DNA of 64,000 nt, taken from assembly GCA_026705345.1 (NCBI GenBank), contig JAPPAV010000120.1, forward strand, positions 13,748 to 77,747, in the 5' to 3' direction. The notes beneath the pieces were generated by a model that was given only the letters and a program-made list of their open reading frames with translations, ran no database searches and was not told the origin of the DNA. Each line of letters opens with the position of its first letter. Position 1 is the first letter of the stretch. Made by a program: the position numbers and the translations under genes. This document shows positions 1 through 9,533 of the stretch, piece after piece. Source of the DNA: Gammaproteobacteria bacterium (GTDB taxonomy: Bacteria; Pseudomonadota; Gammaproteobacteria; Pseudomonadales; Azotimanducaceae).

Positions 1-678
1 CACGGCAATCATCGGCTGGCGGATCACGCCGTCCACGGCGAATGCTTCGTCTCGGACGTTGAGCCTGGGATCGTCGGCGAGCACGGTGCCGATCCCGGTG
101 ATGATGGCGCAACTCCGGGCTCGCCACGCTTGACCGTCGGCGCGGGCTTCGTCGGAGGTGATCCATTGGCTCTCGCCGTCCGCCATGGCGGTGCGACCGT
201 CGAGAGAAGCCGCGATCTTGACGCGCACCAGGGGCCGGCCGGCTGTGAAACGCATGACGAAACCCGCGTTGAGTTCGGCTGCCTCGGGCAGTTCGACGGT
301 GTCCACCACGATTCCGGCTTCGCGCAGGGTCTGGTAGCCCATGCCGACAACGCGCGGATCCGGATCCCCCATGGCACCCACGACACGGTGGACGCGACCC
401 CGGATGAGCGCGTCGGTGCAGGGCGGTTGTCGGCCGGTGTGGCAGCAGGGTTCCAAGGAGACGTAGACCGTCGCCCCCTCGACGTCGCCGCCAGCATCGG
501 CGATCGCGTTGGCCTCGGCGTGGGCCTCGCCGCTGCGGACATGCCAGCCTCGTCCGATCACCCGTCCATCCCGGACGATCACGCAGCCGACCCGGGGATT
601 CGGGGTCGTACTGTAGAGGCCGCGCGCCGCCAGTTCGACGGCGCGCCGCAGAAACAGGCGATCGACCTCCCCGATCAC
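1..678 (-). CDS. ribD: Riboflavin biosynthesis protein RibD (pyrimidine deaminase/reductase), C-terminus outside window
   Basis: The minus frame is open to the window edge and is not in the ORF track because it has no stop. It translates as VIGEVDRLFLRRAVELA...GWHVRSGEAHAEANAI...VYVSLEPCCHTGRQPPC (HAE...PCxxC deaminase zinc motif), then a RibD reductase-like region (KIAASLDGRTAM). It lies directly downstream of nrdR. The GTG start at 678 is inferred. Confidence 0.9.
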   Translation of the reverse strand, partial: MIGEVDRLFLRRAVELAARGLYSTTPNPRVGCVIVRDGRVIGRGWHVRSGEAHAEANAIADAGGDVEGATVYVSLEPCCHTGRQPPCTDALIRGRVHRVVGAMGDPDPRVVGMGYQTLREAGIVVDTVELPEAAELNAGFVMRFTAGRPLVRVKIAASLDGRTAMADGESQWITSDEARADGQAWRARSCAIITGIGTVLADDPRLNVRDEAFAVDGVIRQPMIAV

Positions 679-750
679 AGTCCTTCTAACTCTCTTGTCC
701 GCGGCAAGAGGCTCCCACCCGAATCCGCCTTCGATGCCGTATTGTCGCCA

Positions 751-1230
751 TCACTCGTCGGCCGGTGGTAACGCCGCCAACTCGACCTTGAGTCGCGCGA
801 TCTCCTCCGAGAACTCGCTGATGTCCTGGAAGTCGCGGTAGACGGAGGCGAACCGAACGTACGCCACCTGGTCCACCTTTTTGAGTTCCGTCATGACCGC
901 TTGGCCGACCACTCGCGACGGCAGTTCACGTTCGCCGGTCTCGCGCAGATCGTGCTGGATGCGGTTGATCATGGTCTCGCGCTGCTCCGTCGAAACCGGG
1001 CGTTTCTCCAACGCCCGGTCGAGTCCGGCGCGGAGCTTTTCCTCGTTGAACGGTTCCCGGGCGCCGTCGCTCTTTATGACCCGGGGCATCACCAGTTCCG
1101 CGCTTTCGAACGTGGTGAAACGTTCCGCGCAGGTCAGGCATTCCCGCCGACGCCGGACCTGGTCGCCCCCGGACACCAACCGGGAATCGATGACCTTCGT
1201 ATCGACCGCGCTGCAGAACGGGCAATGCAT
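751..1230 (-). CDS. nrdR: Transcriptional repressor NrdR
   Basis: 159 aa. It has an N-terminal zinc ribbon (MHCPFCS...[12 protein letters not shown]) followed by an ATP-cone, and resembles NrdR over its full length. Confidence 0.95.
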   Translation of the reverse strand: MHCPFCSAVDTKVIDSRLVSGGDQVRRRRECLTCAERFTTFESAELVMPRVIKSDGAREPFNEEKLRAGLDRALEKRPVSTEQRETMINRIQHDLRETGERELPSRVVGQAVMTELKKVDQVAYVRFASVYRDFQDISEFSEEIARLKVELAALPPADE

Positions 1231-1330
1231 GGTTGGGATTGTAACGGAGGTGCCTCAACGGGCTCCCCTCACGCCTTCCGCCGTATGGGGCGGGTTCGAT
1301 CCGTCGCGCCAACCAAGCGACACGTCCGTC

Positions 1331-1368
1331 GCGGGCGACCACAAGGGTCGCCCCAGGGTCGCCCCTAC
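1331..1368. repeat. REP-type palindromic element (GTAG-headed hairpin)
   Basis: Minus-strand reading is GTAGGGGCGACCCTGGGGCGACCCTTGTGGTCGCCCGC, with stem GGGCGACC/GGTCGCCC and loop CTTGT. Its GTAG overlaps the radA TAG stop. Confidence 0.75.
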
Positions 1369-2744
1369 GGGTCCAGTTCGTTGATCACCCCCAACGCCTG
1401 CGCCAGCGATGCCACGGGATGTGCTTCGATGCCCGAAATCGCCTCGCGCGGGCGGTTCGCTCTCGGCAAGATCGCGCGCGTGAAGCCGTGCTTCTGCGCT
1501 TCCCGGAGGCGGTCCTGGCCGTTGGGTACGGGACGGACCTCGCCAGTCAGACCCAATTCGCCGAAGACGACGAGGTCTCTCGGAAGGGCGCGGTTCTTGA
1601 AGCTCGACATGGCGGCGGCAAGAAGCGCCAGGTCCGCGCCGGTCTCGCCGATGCGAACACCGCCCACGACATTGGCGAAGACGTCCTGGTCCGACAGCGA
1701 CACCCCGCAGTGCCGATGCAGCACGGCGAGATGCATGGCCAGCCTTTGGGCGTCGAGGCCGACGGCGACACGCCGGGGATAGCCGCCCTGGATGTCGTCA
1801 ACAAGGGCCTGGATCTCCACCAGGAGCGGGCGAGTGCCTTCCCAGGTCACGGTCACGACGCTGCCCGGGGCCATCTCCTTGGGGCGCTGCAGGAAGATGG
1901 CCGACGGATTGGATACCTCCTTCATGCCCTGATCGGTCATCGCGAACACCCCGAGTTCGTTCACGGCGCCGAACCGGTTCTTCAAGCCCCTCAGCGTTCG
2001 GTAGCGGCTGCCCGGCGGCGCGTCGAGCATCATGAAACAGTCGATCATGTGCTCCAGCACCTTGGGCCCGGCGAGATTGCCTTCCTTGGTGACGTGCCCG
2101 ACCAGCACCACCGCGACACCGGTCTGCTTGGCGAGACGGACGAGTTCCGCGGCGGACTCCCGCACCTGCGTCACGCTGCCGGGCAGGCTCTCGGAGGTCT
2201 GCACCTGCATGACCTGGATGGAGTCGACGATCACCAGCGCCGGCTTCTCGGCCTGCACGAGTTCGGCGATGCGTTCCACGGTGACTTCGGACGCCACGGT
2301 GAGGTCGTCGGCTGCCAGTTCCAGCCGTCGCGCGCGATCGGCAATCTGCTCCAAGGACTCCTCGCCGCTGACGTAGAGCACCCGGACATCGCTGCCGAGA
2401 GCGGTGGAGACCTGCAATAGAAGGGTGCTCTTGCCCGCTCCCGGGTCACCGCCCATCAAGGCGACGGACCCCGGCACGAAGCCGCCCCCGAGAACGCGGT
2501 CGAGTTCCGCGAAACCCGACGGAATCCGTCGATGGCCGGTGGTGCTGATCTCGAGGAGACGGGCCGAGCGCGGCGATTCGCCCGAGTAGCCGGCCCCGCC
2601 CGGCACCCGCCCTGCCTGGCTCGTCTTCGGCAGGATGAACTCGCGCAGCGTGTTCCAAGCGCCGCAGGTGGCGCACTGGCCCTGCCACTTGGTGTGTTCG
2701 GCGCCGCAGTCCGCGCAGACGAATGCGACCTTGGCCTTGGCCAT
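1365..2744 (-). CDS. radA: DNA repair protein RadA/Sms
   Basis: 459 aa. It has an N-terminal C4 zinc finger (CADCGAEHTKWQGQCATCGAWNT), a Walker A motif (GGDPGAGKST), a KNRFG motif and a Lon-like C-terminal domain. Confidence 0.95.
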   Translation of the reverse strand: MAKAKVAFVCADCGAEHTKWQGQCATCGAWNTLREFILPKTSQAGRVPGGAGYSGESPRSARLLEISTTGHRRIPSGFAELDRVLGGGFVPGSVALMGGDPGAGKSTLLLQVSTALGSDVRVLYVSGEESLEQIADRARRLELAADDLTVASEVTVERIAELVQAEKPALVIVDSIQVMQVQTSESLPGSVTQVRESAAELVRLAKQTGVAVVLVGHVTKEGNLAGPKVLEHMIDCFMMLDAPPGSRYRTLRGLKNRFGAVNELGVFAMTDQGMKEVSNPSAIFLQRPKEMAPGSVVTVTWEGTRPLLVEIQALVDDIQGGYPRRVAVGLDAQRLAMHLAVLHRHCGVSLSDQDVFANVVGGVRIGETGADLALLAAAMSSFKNRALPRDLVVFGELGLTGEVRPVPNGQDRLREAQKHGFTRAILPRANRPREAISGIEAHPVASLAQALGVINELDP

Positions 2745-4183
2745 TAACGGGATTCGTCGTCCCGGCCGTAGTCGTCGTCAACCGGTCCGGGTGGTGGCAT
2801 GCTGATGTCGTAGACCTCGCTATCGACGTGGTTGTCGAACCGCGTCAGCTCCGGCGTGAAGGTGAGCTTGATGGTGCCCACCGGGCCATTGCGCTGCTTG
2901 CCGATGATGATCTCGGCGACTCCCTTGTCCTCCGTCTGCTCGTTGTAGACCTCGTCGCGGTAGATGAAGAGGATCAGGTCGGCGTCCTGCTCGATGGCCC
3001 CGGACTCCCGGAGGTCCGACATGTAGGGCCGCTTGTCGTTGCGGCTCTCGAGGCTCCGGTTCAACTGCGAGCAGGCGACCAGCGGACACTTCATCTCCTT
3101 GGCGATCGCCTTCAGGGAACGCGAAATCTCGGAGATTTCGTTGGTTCGGTTGTCCTGTTCCCGGGACGGGCGCATGAGCTGCAGATAATCCACCATGATC
3201 ATCCTCAAGCCCCCGGCTTCCCGCTTGACCCGGCGCGCGCGGGCCCGCAGGTCGTTGGGCGTCAAGGCCGCCGTGTCGTCGATGTAGAGCGGTTTTTCGC
3301 GGAGTTGAATGCGGGCGGAATTGAAGCGCGGCCAGTCGTCGTCGCTCATGTTTCCCCACCGCATCGAGGTCTGGTCGATGCGGCCGAGGGAGGACAGCAT
3401 GCGCATGACCAATTGGTCCGCGGGCTGCTCCATGGAAAAGATCAGCACCGCGCCCTCGGTTTGGTCGGCCACCACCGCGTGTTCGGCGATATTCACCATG
3501 AGCGCCGTTTTCCCCATCGCCGGCCTGGCGGCAATGATGACGAGGTCGGAATCCTGGAAACCGGCGGTCTTGCCGTCGAGGTCGTTGAACCCCGTCGCCA
3601 AGCCGGTGATCGGATTGCGACTCTTGGATAGCGCATCGATTTTCTCGAACGCCTCGTCCACGAGAGGCGCGACAATCCGGGGGCCGGATTCGTTCAGCCT
3701 GTCCTCGCCGATCTCGAAGACCCGTTGCTCCGCTGCATCGAGCACCTCCGCGCTGCTACGCCCCTCGGGCAGGAAGGCGATATCGGTTATCTCGTTGGCG
3801 GCATGGATCAGTTGCCTAAGCGTCGACCGCTCCTTGACGATCTCCGCGTAGGTCTCGAGGTTCGACGTGCCAAGCGTGGCGTCCACGAGTTCCGTGAGAT
3901 AGGGGTTGCCCCCGACGCGGTCGAGTATCGCGCGGGTCGAGAGCGCACCCGACAGCGTCACGATGTCCAACGGCTTGTTGGTGTTCGCAAGGTCCGCCAT
4001 CACCTCGAAGATGATGCGGTGCTGCGGCAGGTAGAAGTCCGCGGGGCCGAGCTTGTCCGCCACCTTGTCCCACGCGTGTTCGTCGAGCATGAGGCCACCG
4101 AGCAGCGACTGCTCGGCCTCGTTGGAATGGGGCGGCACCTTCAGGCGGACGGGTGCCGGAGCAACTGGTGCGGGTTCAGCCAT
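2744..4183 (-). CDS. dnaB: Replicative DNA helicase DnaB
   Basis: 479 aa. It has the N-terminal PPHSNEAEQSLLGGLML motif, a Walker A motif (AARPAMGKTA) and the RecA-like DnaB C-terminal domain. Its TAA stop shares one base with the radA ATG. Confidence 0.95.
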   Translation of the reverse strand: MAEPAPVAPAPVRLKVPPHSNEAEQSLLGGLMLDEHAWDKVADKLGPADFYLPQHRIIFEVMADLANTNKPLDIVTLSGALSTRAILDRVGGNPYLTELVDATLGTSNLETYAEIVKERSTLRQLIHAANEITDIAFLPEGRSSAEVLDAAEQRVFEIGEDRLNESGPRIVAPLVDEAFEKIDALSKSRNPITGLATGFNDLDGKTAGFQDSDLVIIAARPAMGKTALMVNIAEHAVVADQTEGAVLIFSMEQPADQLVMRMLSSLGRIDQTSMRWGNMSDDDWPRFNSARIQLREKPLYIDDTAALTPNDLRARARRVKREAGGLRMIMVDYLQLMRPSREQDNRTNEISEISRSLKAIAKEMKCPLVACSQLNRSLESRNDKRPYMSDLRESGAIEQDADLILFIYRDEVYNEQTEDKGVAEIIIGKQRNGPVGTIKLTFTPELTRFDNHVDSEVYDISMPPPGPVDDDYGRDDESR

Positions 4184-4334
4184 CGCTTGTCCAATCCTTG
4201 GTCACGATACGAACAAGACTCGACCTCTCGACGGGCAACGTCAAGATGATGACCCGGTTGAAAACCGGTTAATTGATCGGTCGTTTGGGCTTGGAAACCC
4301 TGTGGATAGTGTCGTTGGCCGGGTGGTCGATGAC

Positions 4335-4781
4335 CTATTCCGCAACGACCTCGACCTGGATCGACTGGGTCACGTCGGCGTGGAACTGGACATCCACCTC
4401 GAACTCGCCAACCTCCCGGATCACACCGTCCGGCATTCGGACTTCGCTCTTCGCCACGGGCAGTACGGCATCCGTCAAGGCGCGGGAGATCTCCGTGGGG
4501 CCCACCGAGCCGTAGAGCCTGCCCTCTTCCGACGCGCGCGCGACGATGGTCACGCGCTGATCGACGAGCTTCGTCGCCCGCTCGTGGGCGTCGGTGAGCC
4601 GGGCGTTGGCCGCTTTCTCGAGTTCCGCCCGGCGTTCCTCGAAGACCGCGCGGTTCTCCGTGGTCGCGCGGACCGCCTTGCCTGTGGGAATGAGGTAGTT
4701 GCGGGCGAAACCGTTCTTGACCGAGACCTCCTGGCCTAGGTCGCCGACATTGGTGACGCGTTCGAGCAGAATGACGTTCAT
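4335..4781 (-). CDS. rplI: 50S ribosomal protein L9
   Basis: 148 aa. MNVILLERVTNVGDLGQEVSVKNGFARNYLIP is a canonical L9 N-terminus, and the gene follows rpsR. Confidence 0.95.
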   Translation of the reverse strand: MNVILLERVTNVGDLGQEVSVKNGFARNYLIPTGKAVRATTENRAVFEERRAELEKAANARLTDAHERATKLVDQRVTIVARASEEGRLYGSVGPTEISRALTDAVLPVAKSEVRMPDGVIREVGEFEVDVQFHADVTQSIQVEVVAE

Positions 4782-4783
4782 GG

Positions 4784-5011
4784 CTACTTGTGCTGGTCGG
4801 TATAGGGAAGCAATGCGAGATAGCGCGCACGCTTGATCGCGGTCGCCAACTGGCGCTGGTACTTGGCGCTAGTGCCGGTGATCCGGCTCGGGACGATCTT
4901 TCCGGTCTCCGTGATGTACTGTTTCAAGAGGTCGAGATCCTTGTAGTCGATCTCCTTGATGCCCTCCGCGGTGAACCGACAGTAGCGCTTGCGGGAGAAT
5001 CTGCGTGCCAT
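4784..5011 (-). CDS. rpsR: 30S ribosomal protein S18
   Basis: 75 aa. The motifs RKRYCRF...IDYKD...[43 protein letters not shown] identify S18. Confidence 0.95.
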   Translation of the reverse strand: MARRFSRKRYCRFTAEGIKEIDYKDLDLLKQYITETGKIVPSRITGTSAKYQRQLATAIKRARYLALLPYTDQHK

Positions 5012-5014
5012 CGT

Positions 5015-5482
5015 CTACTCCACCTCGGCGGTTTCTTCCGCCTCTTTGGGCGGTACCGCGGCACCGCGGTCGTCGTCGCGTTCCTCCTGGCGACGCGCCA
5101 CCCGGGCACGCACTTCCTCGTCGCGCCGGCGGTCGCGCTCGCGCTCCTTCTCCTGCTCACGCAACTCCTCTTCGTAGATCTTCGAGGTGCTGGTGTCGGC
5201 TTCCTGACGCTTGACGATGAGGTTGCGTATGACGGCGTCGTTGAACCGGAAGGCGCTTTCGAGTTCCGCCAAGGTCTCGTTCGTCACCTCGATGTTCATC
5301 AGGACGTAGTGCGCCTTGTGGATCTTCGCCACCGGATAGGCCAACTGACGGCGACCCCAGTCCTCCACGCGGTGGACGTGGCCGTTGCCGCGAGCGATCA
5401 GCGACCGGTAGCGCTCGACCATGCCGGGCACCTGATCGGAATGATCGCGGTGCACCATGATCACGACTTCGTAATGTCTCAT
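5015..5482 (-). CDS. rpsF: 30S ribosomal protein S6
   Basis: The ORF-track frame is 5015..5551, but the conserved S6 N-terminus [11 protein letters not shown] starts at 5482 and is preceded by AAAGGAG. The acidic and basic C-terminal tail is typical of S6. Confidence 0.9.
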   Translation of the reverse strand: MRHYEVVIMVHRDHSDQVPGMVERYRSLIARGNGHVHRVEDWGRRQLAYPVAKIHKAHYVLMNIEVTNETLAELESAFRFNDAVIRNLIVKRQEADTSTSKIYEEELREQEKERERDRRRDEEVRARVARRQEERDDDRGAAVPPKEAEETAEVE

Positions 5483-5719
5483 TAGATCTCCTTTCGGTTT
5501 TCGCCTCCGCTCGGCGTTGTCCGCCGGCGTGAGGCAAGGAGCCGATGTCATGCGCCGTTACATGCGACGCGGGTGGGAATTGTAGGAGCGTCGGAACCTC
5601 GGGGCAACTGCGCGTCGCCATCCGGCGCGTTGGGAGAATGCTGCCCATTCTCCATTGGCCATTGCCTGGGTGTAGCCCGCGAGGGTCGCCTCCTACAGGC
5701 GCATCGGGAACAGCGACTC

Positions 5720-5778
5720 GTAGGGGTCGGGCTTGTCCCGTCCCGGCGCGCCCTTCGGGCGCGTTGGCTCGCCCCTAC
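5720..5778. repeat. REP-type palindromic cluster (two hairpins between GTAGGGG and CCCCTAC)
   Basis: The sequence is GTAGGGGTCGGGCTTGTCCCGTCCCGGCGCGCCCTTCGGGCGCGTTGGCTCGCCCCTAC. The right-hand CTAC is the TAG stop of the PhyH-like gene. Confidence 0.75.
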
Positions 5779-6566
5779 GCGTTGCCCTTCGTGCCGGGGA
5801 ACGCGGAAAGCATGAGGCGCGTGCGTTCGTTCAACACCCCGTAGAACCCCCGCGTCTCCGGATCCGGGTGGTCGCGCCACAACGTTGCCGGGATCGCCGA
5901 GTCGTTCGCCAGCGGCGCGCGGTCGCGGTGTCCGTAGTAGATCTGGACGGTCTTGCGCTCCGCGTCCGTCGGTCGGGTGGTCGCGGTGTGCAGGATCGCG
6001 GCGCTGCACAGCGCGCAAGTGCCCGCCGGTCCGTGAAGATCGTAGACGCCGCGACGCAACTGGGCGGCATTTTCGCCGAGGATCGGCTCGTCGACGGATT
6101 CCGGCGACAGCGAGAAGCAGTGGGTGTCCTCGTCGACGTCGGTCAGGTAGACCATGAGTTGCAGATAGTCGATGCGCAGCGGGTGGTCGAGCCAAGGGGC
6201 GCGGTCCCGGTGCCATTCTTGATGCGGCTCTCCGGAATACGCGGACATGCGCCTGAGCCCAATCTCGCCGAAGCAGGCCGGACCCCCGAGCAGCGACTCG
6301 ACGATGGACAGCAGCTTGGGGTGCCGGATCAAGCCGTCGAATGCGGGTGTGGTCACCAATGCGTCGTAGTTGGCCTCTTGGTAGTAGCCGTACGGGTGCC
6401 AGAAGTAGGGGTGGCGGCGGCGGTCCTCGTCGAAGAGGTCCAGCCAATGCGCGACTTCCACCGGGTCGAGAACGCAGCCTAGGTCGACGAACCCTTGTTG
6501 TCCGAAAGCGGCATGATGGTCCGTGACCATGTTTTGCGAACGTCCGTCAGCCACCGTTGGATCCAT
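5775..6566 (-). CDS. Phytanoyl-CoA dioxygenase (PhyH) family Fe(II)/2-oxoglutarate dioxygenase
   Basis: 263 aa. It has an HxD-type motif (EWHRDRAP), a distal His region and the general PhyH layout (GFVDLGCVL..., LMVYLTDVDEDTHCF). Confidence 0.75.
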   Translation of the reverse strand: MDPTVADGRSQNMVTDHHAAFGQQGFVDLGCVLDPVEVAHWLDLFDEDRRRHPYFWHPYGYYQEANYDALVTTPAFDGLIRHPKLLSIVESLLGGPACFGEIGLRRMSAYSGEPHQEWHRDRAPWLDHPLRIDYLQLMVYLTDVDEDTHCFSLSPESVDEPILGENAAQLRRGVYDLHGPAGTCALCSAAILHTATTRPTDAERKTVQIYYGHRDRAPLANDSAIPATLWRDHPDPETRGFYGVLNERTRLMLSAFPGTKGNA

Positions 6567-6610
6567 GCCCGCAGGGCACTATGCAAAGCGTTGGGACGTC
6601 GCGATTTCGA

Positions 6611-8293
6611 TTAAGCGTCGACCGGGTGCGCCATCGTCTCAATATACACACTGTGCTTCTCACCATCCGGACCGACGATGGAATGATCCCCATAGCTCTT
6701 AAAGGGCGCGTAGGGGACCAATAGGTTGAAACTCGACCGCGTCGTCGCGACCCCGCCGAGTTCTGTTAGGTGGCTCGCGGGCTCGTCGCGGCGTGGGGGC
6801 GTTGCCAACTCAATGGTGACGCCGTCGTCGTCGAACCGCTGCGCAAAAACATCGAAACGTAGGCCGCCCGCCTCGAATCCCGTCCAGTTCGACCGACCAA
6901 CGACGAGCTGAACGGTTGGCACCTTCACGCCATCGACAATCAATTTGAAGTCGACACGCGCCTGCACGTTCGGAGGAGGTGCCACGATCCACGCGTCAGC
7001 GAGCCACCCAAGGTCCGCAAGACCACCCTTAGGGGCGACCAGAACGGCCGTTGATTCAGGTCGGGCATCCAAGTCGAGCTCCGCCGCTACCAGGTGAATG
7101 AGTTCGTCGTAGCTGTTTCCGGCGGTGTCTGAGTCCACCTTCCAGTCGATGTCCACCGTCGAATCGTCCAGCCAGTCGTGGAGGTCGGGATGATAGTAGT
7201 AGTGTCGTGGATCGGAACCCGCAATCATGGATACGGTGCGCAAGCCCGTCGTCTGAAGGCGTACCCACGACAACTTGCCGTCAGCCGTAATGATCGTCAT
7301 CGGCGAGTCCGCTACCAAGGAGTCCTCGATAAAGGGCGGCGGGGCATCGTCGTCAAGCGTGGGACTGTCCTCGGCATTGACCGAGAAGTCGAGCACCAAC
7401 ATGGGAACAAGAACGATCGCAACGGCCGCCGCGAGGCGGTGGCGGACGCGAGCGGTCCTAAGCCGCTCGAGGTAGCGCAGCCTTCTAAGATTGAAGGATC
7501 GGCGACCGACCAGGGCGAGACCCGGAGACCGGTCCGTGGCTTCCCGAATCAGGGTGGCCAAGGTGATCCGATAGTCTCCGCGACCAAGCAGTTCGGCACA
7601 CACCTCGTCGCAGTCGTGCTCGAGTTCACGCCGCGCCAACCACACCCACAGCCAAACGCACGGCTGCCACCAGCAAAGGCATCGGATCAGTGTCAGGGCG
7701 GAGGCAATCTGCGGATGGCGCCGCCGAACGTGCACGAGTTCGTGGATCAGGGGGCCTCGCCCATGGTCTTTATCGAGATACCGCTCGCCGATCCACACCG
7801 TCGGGCGCAGAATTCCAGTGGCCGTCGCAATGTCGGAGTCCGGTACGATGCGAATCCGACATTTCGCCCGGCTCTTCTCCGGGACTCGGTTCATCAAGTG
7901 ACTGCCGTCGCGGGCGATGTCGTTCCAACGCCGGAGGATCGACCATTGTCGAAAAGCGAGCCATGCGAATGCCGCCAAGCCGAGTGCGGTGGCCGCCGTC
8001 AGGACAACGGACAGTGGAATCTCCAAGGCCCGAGGCGGGGCATCGGCGACCACGGCAGTCACGAAATCCACCGTGCCCAACGGAATCACCATGGGCAGGG
8101 CGTCGAGGACCGCTGTTGATCCGTGGGTGACAGGAATGGGAATCGCTGGCAGCAGCAGCCACGGCAGGGTGGTCAGCAAAAGCGCCACGAGGGCTGTCCG
8201 AAGTCGCCAGATCGCGGGGGCGGACCGGAGGCAGGCTAGGACGACGAGCGCCACCAGTGTCAGTTCCGCAGAGAGGATCAGATAGTCAATCAT
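6611..8293 (-). CDS. M56 family (BlaR1/MecR1-like) membrane metalloprotease sensor with a non-PBP C-terminal domain
   Basis: 560 aa. It has several N-terminal TM helices, an HExxH motif (IHELVHVRRRH) and a further TM helix, then about 270 aa of extracytoplasmic domain with no obvious penicillin-binding motifs. It overlaps the upstream blaI-like gene by 8 nt. Confidence 0.8.
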   Translation of the reverse strand: MIDYLILSAELTLVALVVLACLRSAPAIWRLRTALVALLLTTLPWLLLPAIPIPVTHGSTAVLDALPMVIPLGTVDFVTAVVADAPPRALEIPLSVVLTAATALGLAAFAWLAFRQWSILRRWNDIARDGSHLMNRVPEKSRAKCRIRIVPDSDIATATGILRPTVWIGERYLDKDHGRGPLIHELVHVRRRHPQIASALTLIRCLCWWQPCVWLWVWLARRELEHDCDEVCAELLGRGDYRITLATLIREATDRSPGLALVGRRSFNLRRLRYLERLRTARVRHRLAAAVAIVLVPMLVLDFSVNAEDSPTLDDDAPPPFIEDSLVADSPMTIITADGKLSWVRLQTTGLRTVSMIAGSDPRHYYYHPDLHDWLDDSTVDIDWKVDSDTAGNSYDELIHLVAAELDLDARPESTAVLVAPKGGLADLGWLADAWIVAPPPNVQARVDFKLIVDGVKVPTVQLVVGRSNWTGFEAGGLRFDVFAQRFDDDGVTIELATPPRRDEPASHLTELGGVATTRSSFNLLVPYAPFKSYGDHSIVGPDGEKHSVYIETMAHPVDA

Positions 8294-8678
8294 CTCGGGA
8301 GCTTCCTTCTTGTCGTGGTTGCTGCCGCGCCAGAAGGTCTTCGAGGTAGCGGTATTCCTCGGGACTCAGTCGCTCGTCGCGCAGCAGGAAATTCCACATC
8401 GGTCTACGGTCGCCGGCGAAGACGTGGGTCACGAAGCGTTCGAGCATGGATTGCTGGATCTCGTCGGGCGGGATGACCGCTTTGTAGAAAATGGTCCGGC
8501 CCTCCTGGCGACTGCGGACAAGGACGCCCTTGCGCTCCAGTCGGTCCATGATGGTCTTGACCGTGGAGTAGGTCACCCCGCGCGCTTCGGCGACCGCCCG
8601 GTGCACCTCGGGCGCCGAGCGTTCCTCGGCGCGCCATACCTGCTGCATTACATCCAGTTCGAACTCCGAGAGTTTCAT
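8286..8678 (-). CDS. BlaI/MecI/CopY family transcriptional repressor
   Basis: 130 aa. It has a winged-helix N-terminus (LSEFELDVMQQVW...YSTVKTIMDRLERKGVL) and is paired with a downstream M56 sensor. Confidence 0.85.
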   Translation of the reverse strand: MKLSEFELDVMQQVWRAEERSAPEVHRAVAEARGVTYSTVKTIMDRLERKGVLVRSRQEGRTIFYKAVIPPDEIQQSMLERFVTHVFAGDRRPMWNFLLRDERLSPEEYRYLEDLLARQQPRQEGSSRDD

Positions 8679-8683
8679 CCAGA

Positions 8684-8721
8684 ATCTCTACAAACGTCTA
8701 TATAGACAATTGTAGAGATTA
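8684..8721. promoter_or_regulatory. Candidate BlaI-family operator: 38-bp nested palindrome just upstream of the blaI-like start
   Basis: The sequence is AATCTCTACAA-AC-GTCTATATAGAC-AA-TTGTAGAGATT, with 11-bp outer arms and a perfect 12-bp inner palindrome. It contains the TACA/TGTA half-sites typical of BlaI/CopY boxes and is AT-rich in a GC-rich genome. Confidence 0.5.
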
Positions 8722-8732
8722 TGGGTGCCCTG

Positions 8733-9533
8733 TCAACTGCTTCGTTCGGCGCGTTGGCGAACGGCTTCGAACAGCAGGATCCCAAGGGCCACCGAGACAT
8801 TGAGGCTCGGCATGGTGCTTCGCATGGGGATGCGCACCAAGTGGTCGCAGCGCTCGCGGGTGAGCCGGCGCAGACCGCGACCCTCGCCGCCCACGATGAT
8901 CGCCGCCGCTCCCCGGTAGTCAACCTCCGTGTAGGTCATGGCGGCCTCGTCGTCTACGCCGCCGCTGACCCACACGCCTTGCGCCTGGAGCCACGCCAAA
9001 CGTCGCGCCAGGTTGGCGACCTCCACGACAAAGAGGCGCTCCATGGCCCCGCTTGCCGCCTTGGCCGCGGCAGTGGAAAGCGGCGCCGATCCATGCCGGG
9101 GAATCAGAACTGCATCCGCCCCGGCCGCCTCGGCGGTACGCAGACACGCCCCTAGGTTGCGCGGATCCTCGATGCCGTCGAGGACCACGAGCAACGGATC
9201 CTCGAACGATGGCCAACGCGCTTCGAGGTCCGATTCGGTGGACGGCGCGAACGCGTGCCTCTCGGCGGCAACCCCTTGATGGCCGACGACACCCTCGCTG
9301 TCCGAGCGTACGGTTGTTGCTCGCTTGAGGTAACGGTCGAGCGCTGCCCTGGGTACGCGCTCTATGCGGACCCCGGCCGCTCGCGCCGTTGCGGTCAACT
9401 GGGAGACCTGGCGGCTGCGCGGTCCGTCGGCAATGACCAGACGGCGCACGTCCTGGGGCGACATGTCGAGCAACGCCTTTACGCCGTGAACGCCGAAAGT
9501 CCAATCAGCGCCTGGCTGTTGCGTATCCGGCAT
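8733..9533 (-). CDS. rlmB: 23S rRNA (guanosine-2'-O)-methyltransferase RlmB (SpoU/TrmH family)
   Basis: The ORF-track frame is 8733..9872, but the conserved part starts at MPDTQQPGADWTFGVHGV (ATG 9533). It has SpoU motifs (LDGIEDPRNLGACLRTAEAAG, IVGGEGRGLR, IPMRSTMPSLNVSVA) and follows rnr, as in many proteobacteria. Confidence 0.85.
   Translation of the reverse strand: MPDTQQPGADWTFGVHGVKALLDMSPQDVRRLVIADGPRSRQVSQLTATARAAGVRIERVPRAALDRYLKRATTVRSDSEGVVGHQGVAAERHAFAPSTESDLEARWPSFEDPLLVVLDGIEDPRNLGACLRTAEAAGADAVLIPRHGSAPLSTAAAKAASGAMERLFVVEVANLARRLAWLQAQGVWVSGGVDDEAAMTYTEVDYRGAAAIIVGGEGRGLRRLTRERCDHLVRIPMRSTMPSLNVSVALGILLFEAVRQRAERSS

Noticed and set aside
5011-5015. Absence of priB between rpsF and rpsR. 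The operon is rpsF-priB-rpsR-rplI in enterobacteria.
   Set aside because: Only 3 nt separate the two genes, so nothing is missing from the sequence. Many lineages naturally lack priB here, so this is not an anomaly.
5483-5600. Possible rpsF (S6:S18) autoregulatory leader RNA upstream of rpsF.
   Set aside because: I could not identify the conserved hairpin or motif with confidence by eye. A covariance-model scan would be needed.
5548-6447. A 299-aa minus ORF and a 249-aa plus ORF overlapping the PhyH-like gene.
   Set aside because: The 5775-6566 frame has the dioxygenase motifs. The alternatives are Arg/Pro-rich shadow frames.
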